Origin: a virus
IMG/VR virus record: IMGVR_UViG_3300025168_000044
Coordinates: 1 to 64,000 of that record
Strand: one strand, 5' to 3'
Length of the DNA stretch: 64,000 nt
Of this stretch, positions 1 to 9,570 are shown piece by piece. The position numbers and the translations under genes were made by a program. Under the pieces are notes generated by a model. That model was not told the origin of the DNA, did no database searches, and saw only the letters and a program-made list of their open reading frames with translations. The first letter of the stretch is position 1; each line of letters starts with the position of its first letter.

Positions 1-278
1 TATTCTAACTTCCCACTAACAACAACATATACAAGAGTACCGTCACAAATATAACTAAGCCAATAAGTACCTGTTGCTGATATTGTTGTAGCATCTCCAG
101 ACTTTATTTTTACAACACTTGTATTTATTGAAACAGTGTAGTTACTACCATTTACAAAAATTATATTGCCTGACTGACCTGTTGCTGCGGATACATTCGT
201 AAATGTAAATCCTGACGAAGTAATATTAGCAGTTGGAGTACATTTAAAATTATTAGTTACTGCCAAGTCAAAAGAACC
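1..278 (+). repeat. Direct repeat copy 1 (tail-fibre C-terminal domain) of 56803-57080
   Basis: Aligned by eye: 278 bp, mismatches only at 128, 141, 147, 182 and 227; positions 1-127 identical. Confidence 0.97.
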
Positions 279-1013
279 GTCATTATCTACTGTAATTGCC
301 CCCCGATTCGCACCAGTAAATGTCTGATCATTAGCTAACGCAGCAGCATTATCCGCTTTTGTTCCTTGTGTTGATGTTGCATATGCTGTTGCAGCAGCAG
401 TTGCTGATGTCCCCAAACCTAAAGCACTTCTTGCTAAAGAAGCGGTTGCACTTCCGGTCCCACCAAGTGCCAAGGGAACTATACCGGCTGTAATTGCCTG
501 TCCAGACAAAGAAAGATAATTATCAGTTACGCTAGCAAGAGTGACATCAGTGGAATTGTCTGTCCCTGCCTCATCAACGCCTAAACTTGTTCTCAGGGTA
601 CCCCCAGATTCTGCCACCCATGTGATGCTGCTTCCAGTGCCGCTTCCGACAATGACGTTGCCATCTGTAGGCGTTAATGCCCCAATAGCCAGCAGTTCAG
701 CATCCTCATTGGCTAGGGGGTGCCATGCGGAACCACTCCCGTCATTATGAGAAAAATAGACTTTGCCTTCTGCATGAGCATGGGCTAGTGCCCCGTGATT
801 ATCTGCACTTGCTGCATAAGAACTGTTTAGAGCACTTAAAGAAGCGTATTGTGGGGGAGTGATCTTGGTGTGAGCAATTCGGTCAGCATTAGCAGTCGTG
901 ATGTCAGCATTGGTAATCGTGCCATCAGCAATTTTGCCTGTGACCACAATATTATCACTCAGGTCATCTGATGTGAGTGCAGCTGGGGTAGGGGGTTTCC
1001 CAATGTAGGCCAT
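1..1013 (-). CDS. Tail fibre protein (stop codon cut by the window edge; absent from the ORF track)
   Basis: ATG at 1013 gives MAYIGKPPTPAALTSDDL...YICDGTLVYVVVSGKLE; paralogue of 56802-57710. Confidence 0.85.
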   Translation of the reverse strand, partial: MAYIGKPPTPAALTSDDLSDNIVVTGKIADGTITNADITTANADRIAHTKITPPQYASLSALNSSYAASADNHGALAHAHAEGKVYFSHNDGSGSAWHPLANEDAELLAIGALTPTDGNVIVGSGTGSSITWVAESGGTLRTSLGVDEAGTDNSTDVTLASVTDNYLSLSGQAITAGIVPLALGGTGSATASLARSALGLGTSATAAATAYATSTQGTKADNAAALANDQTFTGANRGAITVDNDGSFDLAVTNNFKCTPTANITSSGFTFTNVSAATGQSGNIIFVNGSNYTVSINTSVVKIKSGDATTISATGTYWLSYICDGTLVYVVVSGKLE

Positions 1014-1014
1014 A

Positions 1015-1338
1015 TTAGTTCTCCAAGCACGAAATGATTACGTCTGCCACAGCACTGGCTGTGACTTTGAGCTTATCGCCATTTTCCAAAACGACCTTCT
1101 GATCGCCACCTACTACCGCCAAGGCTGAACCTACTCCAATGGGAGCAGCTCGAATGAGGTATCGGTCTTGATTACTGCTTTCAGAAGCATCATAGAGCTG
1201 TACATCACAGGTTATTGCGGCACTGGTTCCGGCGTTAGCCACAGAGAGCCCAATGACGGTGGCGCCTGCCGTTGGAGCGGTGTAGCATTCCGTGACCGAG
1301 GTCACATTGTGTTTGGTAGCATTTTTGAAGGTAGCCAT
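1015..1338 (-). CDS. Small tail-fibre adaptor/structural protein
   Basis: MATFKN...GGDQKVVLENGDKL; homologous to 57710-58042; lies between fibre genes. Confidence 0.7.
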   Translation of the reverse strand: MATFKNATKHNVTSVTECYTAPTAGATVIGLSVANAGTSAAITCDVQLYDASESSNQDRYLIRAAPIGVGSALAVVGGDQKVVLENGDKLKVTASAVADVIISCLEN

Positions 1339-1340
1339 AA

Positions 1341-2162
1341 TTAACTCAGAGCAATTGCGAGTTGCAGGGCAGTCCCCGCTGGATCAACACTAATGGTTAC
1401 GTTGCCACTACTGTCTGGAAGAGAGTCGTTTACGGTACTGACCGCTCCAGTGCCATCAACTCCTTTGGGAATACCCAAATTCATGACAGGGTTGCTTGAT
1501 GTGCCTGTGATGGTAAAGGTTGGGGTAGCACTCGAAGCCAAGGCCGTAATTGTTCCGGCAGTAAAGCTGGGAGAAGTGCCGTCTATAGGCTTTGTAAAAT
1601 CGGCTGTCTGATCCGCACTGGAATCATCAAACGTAAAAGTAAATCGCTTTAGTGTCGTATCGCTGGGATGATCCGCTAGGGCTACTGTTGAGATGCCTCG
1701 TCCATCCACACCAGCTTGGACATTGAAAGAAGAGGTCGTTGTCACAGCCGTTGAATCTGGATAAGTGAAGGTCAGCGTATAGTTATTGGTGCTTGGTTGA
1801 TTAAGCGCAATACTAGATGGGATGGCTTGGGGGCCAGTATCACCCGTGTTGCCTTTGGGGATTGAGAAATCCAACACGGCAGCTGTATTTGAACCTGAAT
1901 TGCTAATTGTGGCACTTGAGCCTGAAGCCCCTGTGGTTACACTGCCCACGGTCACTGTAGCAGCGTCGCCTTTTTCTCCTGGGCGGTTGACCAAGAGCTG
2001 GGTCAGCTGAAGCATGTTTGTGGCAGTCTCGCCTGCATTGAAGCCAGAGAAAGCGCTTAGATCGACAGGGATATGGGAAGGGTTTAGGTCGGTGTTGACT
2101 GTGCTTAAATCCGAGCCTTTGATCTTTCTGGTAGTGATTTCGGTATTGGCAAGAGTAGTCAT
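1341..2162 (-). CDS. Tail fibre-like protein with short collagen-like segments
   Basis: GEKGDAATVTVGSVTTG, IPKGNTGDTGP and C-terminal LAIALS motif. Confidence 0.7.
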   Translation of the reverse strand: MTTLANTEITTRKIKGSDLSTVNTDLNPSHIPVDLSAFSGFNAGETATNMLQLTQLLVNRPGEKGDAATVTVGSVTTGASGSSATISNSGSNTAAVLDFSIPKGNTGDTGPQAIPSSIALNQPSTNNYTLTFTYPDSTAVTTTSSFNVQAGVDGRGISTVALADHPSDTTLKRFTFTFDDSSADQTADFTKPIDGTSPSFTAGTITALASSATPTFTITGTSSNPVMNLGIPKGVDGTGAVSTVNDSLPDSSGNVTISVDPAGTALQLAIALS

Positions 2163-3541
2163 GAGCTGCTAGTCGTTAGAGTCGTTGGGCTCCAGCTGGG
2201 GCCGTACATTCTGCGGCCTCCGTAGCGGGTAGGAAAAGGGATCGTCATGGTCATCCGGTCAACGCCTTCTGTGTGGCTGAGATCGTTTTGGCCTTCACGC
2301 CTCTGGCAATCGACAACAACCTCATAGAATTTTGCTCTCCAGAGCTGGCTTTTTTCTAGATTCCTAAGCTCATTTTCTTTGAGGAAAGCCCGTTCCAAGC
2401 AGCCATATACCAAAGCCTCCACATACATATCTGGCAGTAAAGTGCTGGCCGTTCCTGAGTAATTGGCAGTGTTGGTCGAGTCTCGAAAGGTCAGCTTCCC
2501 GTTAGCCACACCCTCAATTGTCCAGACGTAACCACTGACCGTGGAGGTGTTCTGGATTAGGCTGTTGGTCGAAATGATCGCAATAGAAACTCCAGAGCTG
2601 GTGGCAATGGCGTTTTTGTCAAGCCGGACTGCATAGCGATTGTGTTGGGCGGTAACTGAAGGGTTGTTTATTAGTGATAGGGCAATTGAAAAAATGGTCA
2701 CAGAAACTGCAGTCGTGCTTGAAGAAATTGGATTCTTGTCCAGAGTAATTGCGTATCGCCCATTTTGCGCAGCATCACTGCTTGTAATTTGGACAGAGCT
2801 GACAGAGCTGACTTTAGTATCAGGATCTAATACCCCTCCAGACTGAACAGAGGCTCCAACAAAATACTTAGTGTAATCAGCGGCATAAATGATGTTTGAA
2901 TTTAAATCAACATTTGCCGTATCAGTGCTATTGGCACTAACCTTGGAATCATCTGCCAGGATGTTGTCTGCACGAACAGAGGCTCCAACAAAATACTTAG
3001 TGTTATCAGCAGCATAAATGATTTCTGAACCATCCGTGGTGGTGGCTGTATCGCTCCCAGAGTTAACTACAAAGACAAGAGCTGAGGTTGAATCAGCAGG
3101 GCTGGTGACATTGTTCGATGCCGCCGTCATGTTGGTCAGGTGAGCGGTCTCTGTCGGGTAGGGCACAATCCGCAAGGTATTGGCATTCCGAGCATCCTTG
3201 ACTAAGTAAAGCGGTGTCCCCGTGGAGGCCAGCCAACCGCCAATGCCAGTAGTTGGGTGCTGGCCCATGTACTTCTGGTCTAATTGGCTGGAGGTCACAA
3301 TCTGGAGCTGCAAGCCCTGAAGGCGCACAAGCTTAACTACCGAGATGCTTGAAGGAACAGCCACAGTGGTGTTATTGAGTACCACATTTGCTGTTGCCGT
3401 GGCTCTTGGAAACTCCGTCAGCCTCAGCCATTCCTGTTGAGAGTCTTCGACATAAGAGCGCAACTCTGCCAAGGGCCAACGGATGTTGCCAGCATCCTGC
3501 AATAGTGCAGCAGCTCTTGAAGTGATCTCATCCAGTGTCAT
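2159..3541 (-). CDS. Head-tail adaptor / tail tubular protein A-like, with internal insertion
   Basis: N-terminal LLQD..NIRW...EL..Y, LRIVPYP, C-terminal EALVYG..RAFLKE; position after the capsid genes. Confidence 0.65.
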   Translation of the reverse strand: MTLDEITSRAAALLQDAGNIRWPLAELRSYVEDSQQEWLRLTEFPRATATANVVLNNTTVAVPSSISVVKLVRLQGLQLQIVTSSQLDQKYMGQHPTTGIGGWLASTGTPLYLVKDARNANTLRIVPYPTETAHLTNMTAASNNVTSPADSTSALVFVVNSGSDTATTTDGSEIIYAADNTKYFVGASVRADNILADDSKVSANSTDTANVDLNSNIIYAADYTKYFVGASVQSGGVLDPDTKVSSVSSVQITSSDAAQNGRYAITLDKNPISSSTTAVSVTIFSIALSLINNPSVTAQHNRYAVRLDKNAIATSSGVSIAIISTNSLIQNTSTVSGYVWTIEGVANGKLTFRDSTNTANYSGTASTLLPDMYVEALVYGCLERAFLKENELRNLEKSQLWRAKFYEVVVDCQRREGQNDLSHTEGVDRMTMTIPFPTRYGGRRMYGPSWSPTTLTTSSS

Positions 3542-4143
3542 ATTGCACTTTTTCTTAAAACAAATTGCTCAGGCATAATGGCTGGCGCAGCTTGCTCAGA
3601 AGCAAGTGCTTCAGGATAAACTTCCTTGGTTGCAGGAGCAGGATCATCAAAGCCTGGGGCAAAACCTTTTGAATTCATTTGAGCGCGATAGTTCTGGGTT
3701 GCCGCTGGATTGATTTCGCCCATGATCAGCAGGTTCAGATGAACTGCTATTTCGCCTTTTGGTGGGACAATGATGATGAAGGGCCAACGTTGCTCATAGA
3801 TTGGCTCCAGCTCTCTGCTCATGTCCGATTGCTGGTACTTGGTTTCTACAGTTTCAGCCAAATGTAGAGCAAATTCATTAGGTACAATGGACGGGATACC
3901 TCGCATAATTGTGCAGTCAATGCCATTGATACTCCCCTTCCAAGGTAGCTTGGAGTTAGGGTCATGGCCTGCTTGCAATTGCAACACACAGCAATCTGGA
4001 GGAATCGTATTTTGATCACCATTATACTGAGGGCATAAATTCTTTAAGCCTCTGGTCTGGAAGTTATGACCAAGAGCCTTGTTGTAGTAACTGTTCGCCA
4101 TTCCTGGCTTATTAATTGGGGCAATATCCCAGGCATTTGCCAT
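3538..4143 (-). CDS. Hypothetical protein in head operon
   Basis: 201-aa ORF coupled (ATGA) to the adaptor gene. Confidence 0.6.
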   Translation of the reverse strand: MANAWDIAPINKPGMANSYYNKALGHNFQTRGLKNLCPQYNGDQNTIPPDCCVLQLQAGHDPNSKLPWKGSINGIDCTIMRGIPSIVPNEFALHLAETVETKYQQSDMSRELEPIYEQRWPFIIIVPPKGEIAVHLNLLIMGEINPAATQNYRAQMNSKGFAPGFDDPAPATKEVYPEALASEQAAPAIMPEQFVLRKSAI

Positions 4144-4153
4144 AAAAAAACCT

Positions 4154-4181
4154 AAAAGCAGGGGCCACCGGAGCAGCCCCT
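4154..4181 (-). terminator. Probable rho-independent terminator after capsid/cement genes
   Basis: AGGGGCTGC-TCCG-GTGGCCCCT followed by GCTTTT on the minus strand. Confidence 0.6.
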
Positions 4182-4188
4182 TGGTTAG

Positions 4189-4629
4189 TTACAGAAGTAG
4201 ATAGTTCGGTTGAACCATGTACTTTGCAGGATCATCTGGATCGAGCTTCCACTCAGAATTTGGCGCAAAAACATGCCAAATCTGGATGTAGGCTCGACCA
4301 GTGGTGCTATCACCAGTTCCTGTCACAGTTACCACCACCTTTTTATTAGCGTCCAAGGCACCAAAGCGCTTGGCATTAGCTGATGTAATAGCGTTAGTAG
4401 CATGAGTTAGAACTGTCGATGCCAGATAGGCATCTGCGGTAGTAGGGTTCCCCACTTTAATAGCGGACCCCGATGGGAAAACTGTAGTGACGATAACATC
4501 AATACGTTCAATCAGTGCTGTTTCCGGCATTTCAATGTCCATCGTCAAATTGCCATTGACTGTCGTACTCCAAACAGGCAGTTGGACAAATTGAGATGTG
4601 TTTGAGAGCCGGTTTACATTAGAGTTCAT
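4189..4629 (-). CDS. Putative capsid decoration/cement protein
   Basis: 146 aa, beta-rich, directly after the MCP. Confidence 0.55.
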   Translation of the reverse strand: MNSNVNRLSNTSQFVQLPVWSTTVNGNLTMDIEMPETALIERIDVIVTTVFPSGSAIKVGNPTTADAYLASTVLTHATNAITSANAKRFGALDANKKVVVTVTGTGDSTTGRAYIQIWHVFAPNSEWKLDPDDPAKYMVQPNYLLL

Positions 4630-4637
4630 TTGGCTCC

Positions 4638-5693
4638 TTACAATGAAGATACAGCTACTTCTAGCCGCATAATAAATTCATCACGCAAAATTACATTTCC
4701 ATACATATATTTATAGCCGATACTTCCTCTCTGATTCAAGGGGTCCTCTTTGGACGGGGAATCAGGTCGATGAACTACAGGTATGATGGAATTGAGGCCA
4801 CCCAAGCGAACCACTCCAATGGAGTTGGCGCCATAGATGATCACCGGATAAACGTCCACAGAAGTTGACCCAGCTGTTGTCAAAACTGGCATGGCTGGGC
4901 TGGTGCTTGCAGTTGTCCCCGCATTTTTAAATGGCTCATAGATGGTTGACTGCACAAATCTAACACCCTTGTAGGCCCCCATTTCACCCTCAAATGCGAC
5001 AGACGCATTGCTGTACTTCTCCACCGGCACAAAGTCGGTCAGTAGTTCCAGATCCACACGCAGGTTTGGATGGCACACTGCAACATAGGAGGCGCGAATT
5101 GGTTCAGAAGCAATATCCCGTGAAGGGCTCACAATCGTTGTGATCTTCTCGCAATCTTCCTCTTCCAGCTTGCGCACGGCCTGGGCAATCATGTTGGTGG
5201 TTATGATGCCATTAACCTGTGACCGATTCGTTACACTGGCCCCAGAGGCATTAACCCGAAAAACATTGGTGCCTGCTCGGAATTTCTTGAAATTCAGAAA
5301 CTCCATCTGCTCGGCAGCCTGTGTCGCTTGGGTCTCCGTTATAATTTGCTGGTAAGGCAACTGGCCGAAGGAATCCATCAGGTCGGTTGTTGTAATATAC
5401 CGCCCAAATTGTCTCATTTCGGTAGTCACTATGCGCTGAGATATAGAATCCCAATTCGGGGTTGTGCCCTCCGAAAGGGGCTCATCCCCAAAAGGCAGCT
5501 TCTCTATTCTTCTGAATCGAACTACTGCACTCTCATTTGCATTTTTTATATGCTCGGTTGCAAAACGAGCGGTGATGAGGTTTTTGGTGACATTCGGCAA
5601 CATATCCTGTTGCAGCCGAATCGCTTCCTCGACCTCTAGATCACCAAACAGCCGTCCTGCGACATCTGTAGGTGTACTTAAGACCGTTGACAT
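4638..5693 (-). CDS. Major capsid protein, N4-gp56 family
   Basis: PLSEGTTP, QFGRY, YVAVCHP..RVDL, FVPVEKY, GEMG...GVRF, DPLNQRGSIGYK. Confidence 0.9.
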   Translation of the reverse strand: MSTVLSTPTDVAGRLFGDLEVEEAIRLQQDMLPNVTKNLITARFATEHIKNANESAVVRFRRIEKLPFGDEPLSEGTTPNWDSISQRIVTTEMRQFGRYITTTDLMDSFGQLPYQQIITETQATQAAEQMEFLNFKKFRAGTNVFRVNASGASVTNRSQVNGIITTNMIAQAVRKLEEEDCEKITTIVSPSRDIASEPIRASYVAVCHPNLRVDLELLTDFVPVEKYSNASVAFEGEMGAYKGVRFVQSTIYEPFKNAGTTASTSPAMPVLTTAGSTSVDVYPVIIYGANSIGVVRLGGLNSIIPVVHRPDSPSKEDPLNQRGSIGYKYMYGNVILRDEFIMRLEVAVSSL

Positions 5694-5728
5694 AGGTCAA
5701 ATCTCCATTAAAAACAGAGACTTCTAGG

Positions 5729-6700
5729 CTACCAAGGGCCAACCGTTGCAGCTTGCTGTTTCGGCTGGGAATCCCAGTACGCCTGCATCTCTGCCATCGT
5801 TGAATTTTCAGTAAGTTTTGATTTGGCGCGAGTGCGTGGAGCAGCAGCATTTGGAGTTCTTACCGGAGCAGCCGTCCTTGGTCGAGGAGGTGCAGATTGG
5901 GACTGAGGTGCAGCTGTGGTCTCAGCCACCTTCCCAACTTCCGGTTTTTGCATCAGAAATTCGCGCATCAATGCAGCAAAATCTTCTGCAGCCTGTTCAT
6001 AACTTTCATGGCCGTCCATTACCCCTGCTTGAGCAATTTTCAGTCGTTGGGGTGAGGCCGAAACCCACTGTCCCCATTGCTGAGAATTGTCTATTTCCAG
6101 AGCGTTGGTGATGCCAAGGCGTTCGTTGGTAAGTTGATGACGTTTCTGAGCATTCAAGGCTCTCTGATAATCAGAGCGTTCCTTGAGAAGTACGCCAAAC
6201 TCGCCTCGGACGTTTGTCATGAATTCAGGTAATAATGTTGCTAGTTCTCGGCTAATCGCATTTTTGGTTTCCGTGGCAATCACTTCGTTGATCACCGGAA
6301 AATCCTTGAGGAATTCCTGATGTTCCTTCGACCTTTCTGCAGGCTGGTCAACCGCCTTCAGGTCTCCATCACTCTTGGGCTCCTCTTTTGTCTTTGACAA
6401 CTTGTCTAACTGGGCCTGCATCTGCTGTAATTGCTGATTCACTTGTGTTGTTTGCGTTCGCAATAAAGAGTTTTCAGCCTCAACATTCTTGATGTGCTCA
6501 GTAGCCACTTGATGTCTTGTCTCCCAATCCTTGCCTCTTGCCTTGGGCTTGTCGCTTTTTGGCACAGCCTCCAGAGGGTCAGGAGTTGCCAGTTGGGCTT
6601 CAGCTTCAACAGATTGGTCATCTGCATCCCGCGAATCCCAAATTTCTTGCAGCTCATCCATCGTGTATGAGCTTTTTGAGCTTGCTTGGTCAGCAGCCAT
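5729..6700 (-). CDS. Putative scaffolding protein
   Basis: Acidic N-terminus, coiled coil, Pro/Ala-rich tail, immediately upstream of the MCP. Confidence 0.65.
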   Translation of the reverse strand: MAADQASSKSSYTMDELQEIWDSRDADDQSVEAEAQLATPDPLEAVPKSDKPKARGKDWETRHQVATEHIKNVEAENSLLRTQTTQVNQQLQQMQAQLDKLSKTKEEPKSDGDLKAVDQPAERSKEHQEFLKDFPVINEVIATETKNAISRELATLLPEFMTNVRGEFGVLLKERSDYQRALNAQKRHQLTNERLGITNALEIDNSQQWGQWVSASPQRLKIAQAGVMDGHESYEQAAEDFAALMREFLMQKPEVGKVAETTAAPQSQSAPPRPRTAAPVRTPNAAAPRTRAKSKLTENSTMAEMQAYWDSQPKQQAATVGPW

Positions 6701-6718
6701 AGGGTCTTTCTGCAGTGG

Positions 6719-7018
6719 TCACTGCTTTTTAGATAAGTAAGTGTTTAGCAAATCATAAAGGCTTTGCCGGAATTCCAGCAGGCCCTGCCGTTTGCCTAGG
6801 TTGAAGTTGTGGGTTGGTAGCGACTCTGGGGTCACCGGATCGCTCGTCACCCGTTTGAGGGATTCTTCGCATTTGAGCAGCATTTGCTCCTCCACCCATC
6901 GCCATTCTCTGCTGATCAACAGGTCGTGGAGCTGGTTGGGCTGTAGGTCCTGCTCCCCCTTCAGGTGCGAGGGCAGCTTCGAGTTCACCGACTCGTTGTC
7001 GTTGTAGGGCAGTGTCAT
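6719..7018 (-). CDS. Small post-portal protein overlapping the portal 3' end
   Basis: L..SREW..VEEQM...HNFNLGKRQGLL pattern typical of small genes after podovirus portals; start uncertain (7018 ATG or 7030 TTG). Confidence 0.5.
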   Translation of the reverse strand: MTLPYNDNESVNSKLPSHLKGEQDLQPNQLHDLLISREWRWVEEQMLLKCEESLKRVTSDPVTPESLPTHNFNLGKRQGLLEFRQSLYDLLNTYLSKKQ

Positions 7019-9104
7019 ATTCTTGATCAATTACTTGTTGTTCTTCGGCACGGGAAACTTGATCCTTGAGGAGATAGCTGTGCTGAGAAAGATCGCCAGG
7101 ATCCCCCAACATATCGCCATTCTTCAGACGCTCCAGCCGCTCCTGCATCTGCAAACGCCGCCGATCCTTGCCAATGGAAAGCATTTCTCTGAATCGGGCA
7201 TCACTCTCGCCTTGTGCCACTTCGTGTTGCAACTCCAAGCGTTTACGCTCATTGATGATTTCAGCCTCTGCCAGTTGCAACTTGAGCTGGGATTCCATGG
7301 CTTCCTGTTGTTCCTGTGCCACCTGATCTTCAGGCTTCAGCAGCAGCTCAGGATCCAAGCGGTAGGCTCTTAAAACTGATGGCAAGAGATGCCTGACATC
7401 AATGTGCCTCTCCAAAACTGGCATGGCTCCAATTAACTGCACAAACTGCAAGAGCTGCTGGTTGTGGATTTCTGATGCAACATACCTGTCGTAGCCAGTG
7501 GAGTAGGCTTCACAGTCCAGTTTGATGCGGTAATCATCACTGTCTGTCATCAACCAGCGGTATACATGGTCAATGCACTGTTGGATCATTGCCGACACAC
7601 TTCTTAAAACTGTCCCCATTGCCCGATTCATATTGCTATTCAGCAAGGACATCCCTGTAGCAGTCTGCGTCTGATATTTACTGGAATCACCTGTGCCAAG
7701 CGCTGGCTGGCTGGTGATCAAATCCGCTTCTCTTTCCAAGTATTGCAACAACTCCAAAAGCCCTTGTGACACATCTGGCACAATTAGGTTCCGCATTGCC
7801 GTGTCAGCCTGCCCTGGCCTTGCCCGAAAGACTCGGCCTGGCCCCAAATCTTGAAAGTTTTCGCCTGGAGCAAAAGCAGCTTCATCTGCTACCATCATCG
7901 GCATTGCTGCCAAGTGTTTCCCCATCACATACATTGATAGAGCAAAGTTGGCATGGTCCTGCAAATCTGATAAGGCCCAATAAATCCCATCGCCCCAAAT
8001 GCTTTGAGGATTCCGTTGCCAATACGCCGCAGAGTACGGGCAAACGCCGTCATAAGGATGGGGCACCAACTCAATGACCCTGTCTCCCAACATAACGATC
8101 TTAACTGGGAAAACTTCGGCGTCTCCAAGCCATTCTGTGTCCATCCGCTCTTCCAGATCGGCCTTGTCGAGATAGCCGTAAAACTCCAGCATCTCCATCT
8201 TGCGGTTATCAAAAGTGGCCTTGCCTTTTACTGGATCAGGTGGAGATGACTGATCGCCTCCAATCACTGTCACATCCCTCTCCAAGACATCCAATACTGC
8301 CTCCACATCATAAGCCCCTTGAGTTTCTTCCAAAAGACGGCGGACTTGTACCGTTGAGAGAAACTTGCGCTCAATCACATACTCTGCATCTTCAAAGCGG
8401 GTGGCCTCTGGAGCAGGAAAGATGTTGAAGCAGCTCACATACTGGGTGGTTGGGACCACTTCGCTTTCGAGCAACTGCTCCAGCTGATAATCCATCGGTC
8501 CCACAAACTTCCCACTGTAGACCGGATGAGAGCGATACTCCAAAACAGGGCTCTTCATAATCGCTGTGCCGTGTAAGCACATCTCGTGGATGGCATTGTG
8601 CAACTCACCCTGAAAATCCGTTTGCTCACAAATATCCCGAATCCGGTTCTCCAAGGCAGCTCGGCGATTCTCCAGCTCTGCTACAATGTCTACTCCTGCC
8701 TGTTGCGCATAACCCTGTGCTGCCTGCAAATACTGCATCCGTTCTTCCTCACTCATCTGGGTCATCAAATGAGCCCCAGGCAGCATGTCTGGAGGGATAA
8801 AACGTAAATGGCGGGAAGTCCGCATCTTGAAAGGAATCTCGCCTCCCTCAAAAAGCATGCTGGTGATCTTGGCAACCGCCCCCTGAACCTTTCGTCTTGT
8901 CAGGTTGAAACGGATATCTACCTGCTGACTGCTAGTGGGCAGAGTCTGGTAGAGCCTGCCTTGGTAGGCATCTTCCCCAGGTTGCCAACGCTCCACCTCT
9001 ACATCATTGCGAGACTGCTGCGCCAAAGAAAACTTCTCCCTGATCAGCATCACCAACGGGTCTCCCGACTCGGTCATTGAGGCTTGCGCGCCATAGACAC
9101 TCAA
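6753..9104 (-). CDS. Portal protein
   Basis: 783 aa between terminase and scaffold; NIFPAPEAT...AEYVIER, SIWGDGI, QTATGMSLL motifs. Confidence 0.9.
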   Translation of the reverse strand: MSVYGAQASMTESGDPLVMLIREKFSLAQQSRNDVEVERWQPGEDAYQGRLYQTLPTSSQQVDIRFNLTRRKVQGAVAKITSMLFEGGEIPFKMRTSRHLRFIPPDMLPGAHLMTQMSEEERMQYLQAAQGYAQQAGVDIVAELENRRAALENRIRDICEQTDFQGELHNAIHEMCLHGTAIMKSPVLEYRSHPVYSGKFVGPMDYQLEQLLESEVVPTTQYVSCFNIFPAPEATRFEDAEYVIERKFLSTVQVRRLLEETQGAYDVEAVLDVLERDVTVIGGDQSSPPDPVKGKATFDNRKMEMLEFYGYLDKADLEERMDTEWLGDAEVFPVKIVMLGDRVIELVPHPYDGVCPYSAAYWQRNPQSIWGDGIYWALSDLQDHANFALSMYVMGKHLAAMPMMVADEAAFAPGENFQDLGPGRVFRARPGQADTAMRNLIVPDVSQGLLELLQYLEREADLITSQPALGTGDSSKYQTQTATGMSLLNSNMNRAMGTVLRSVSAMIQQCIDHVYRWLMTDSDDYRIKLDCEAYSTGYDRYVASEIHNQQLLQFVQLIGAMPVLERHIDVRHLLPSVLRAYRLDPELLLKPEDQVAQEQQEAMESQLKLQLAEAEIINERKRLELQHEVAQGESDARFREMLSIGKDRRRLQMQERLERLKNGDMLGDPGDLSQHSYLLKDQVSRAEEQQVIDQEYDTALQRQRVGELEAALAPEGGAGPTAQPAPRPVDQQRMAMGGGANAAQMRRIPQTGDERSGDPRVATNPQLQPRQTAGPAGIPAKPL

Positions 9105-9556
9105 TTGACTACTCCTTGTCGGTTACTGAGCTGCTCGGCAATTTGCTGCAAAGCGGCCTGCCCTTCCTCCTTCATGGTTTTCAGCCTTGCCATCTCCTCC
9201 TTCTCGACTGCGGCAAAAGCTGCATCGGCACGGTCTGCCACCGAAACCTGAGCCGTTTCTGTCTCACGCCAGCCACCAACTGCCTTGAGGTAAAACATCT
9301 GAGCCCTAGTGTTGCCCTCCAAAGCGTCCTCAAAAAGCTTGTTGGCTACTCTGCGAACCCCAATGCTACGACCCTGTGCCAAAGCAGCTGCTACTTCATC
9401 AGAAGCATCCGCGTTTTTTAGCAAGGTCTGAGGGCTAATCCGTAAACAATGAGCTACCTGAGCGTTTGTCAGCCCGTTCTGACTCAACTCAATAATCTGC
9501 TCTAAAAGCACAGGGCTCTTCCAATCCAGTCTGTTCTGCCTTTTTCTAGTCGGCAT
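9101..9556 (-). CDS. terS: Terminase small subunit
   Basis: N-terminal HTH, AAALAQGR, ALEGNTRAQMFYLKAVGGW (AxIFxLK..GW motif). Confidence 0.75.
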   Translation of the reverse strand: MPTRKRQNRLDWKSPVLLEQIIELSQNGLTNAQVAHCLRISPQTLLKNADASDEVAAALAQGRSIGVRRVANKLFEDALEGNTRAQMFYLKAVGGWRETETAQVSVADRADAAFAAVEKEEMARLKTMKEEGQAALQQIAEQLSNRQGVVN

Positions 9557-9570
9557 AGGTCCTCATTAAT

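Noticed and set aside
1-278. Diversity-generating retroelement TR/VR pair (near-identical repeat at a fibre C-terminus)
   Set aside because: No reverse transcriptase in the window, mismatches are not confined to adenines, and both copies are ends of full fibre genes.
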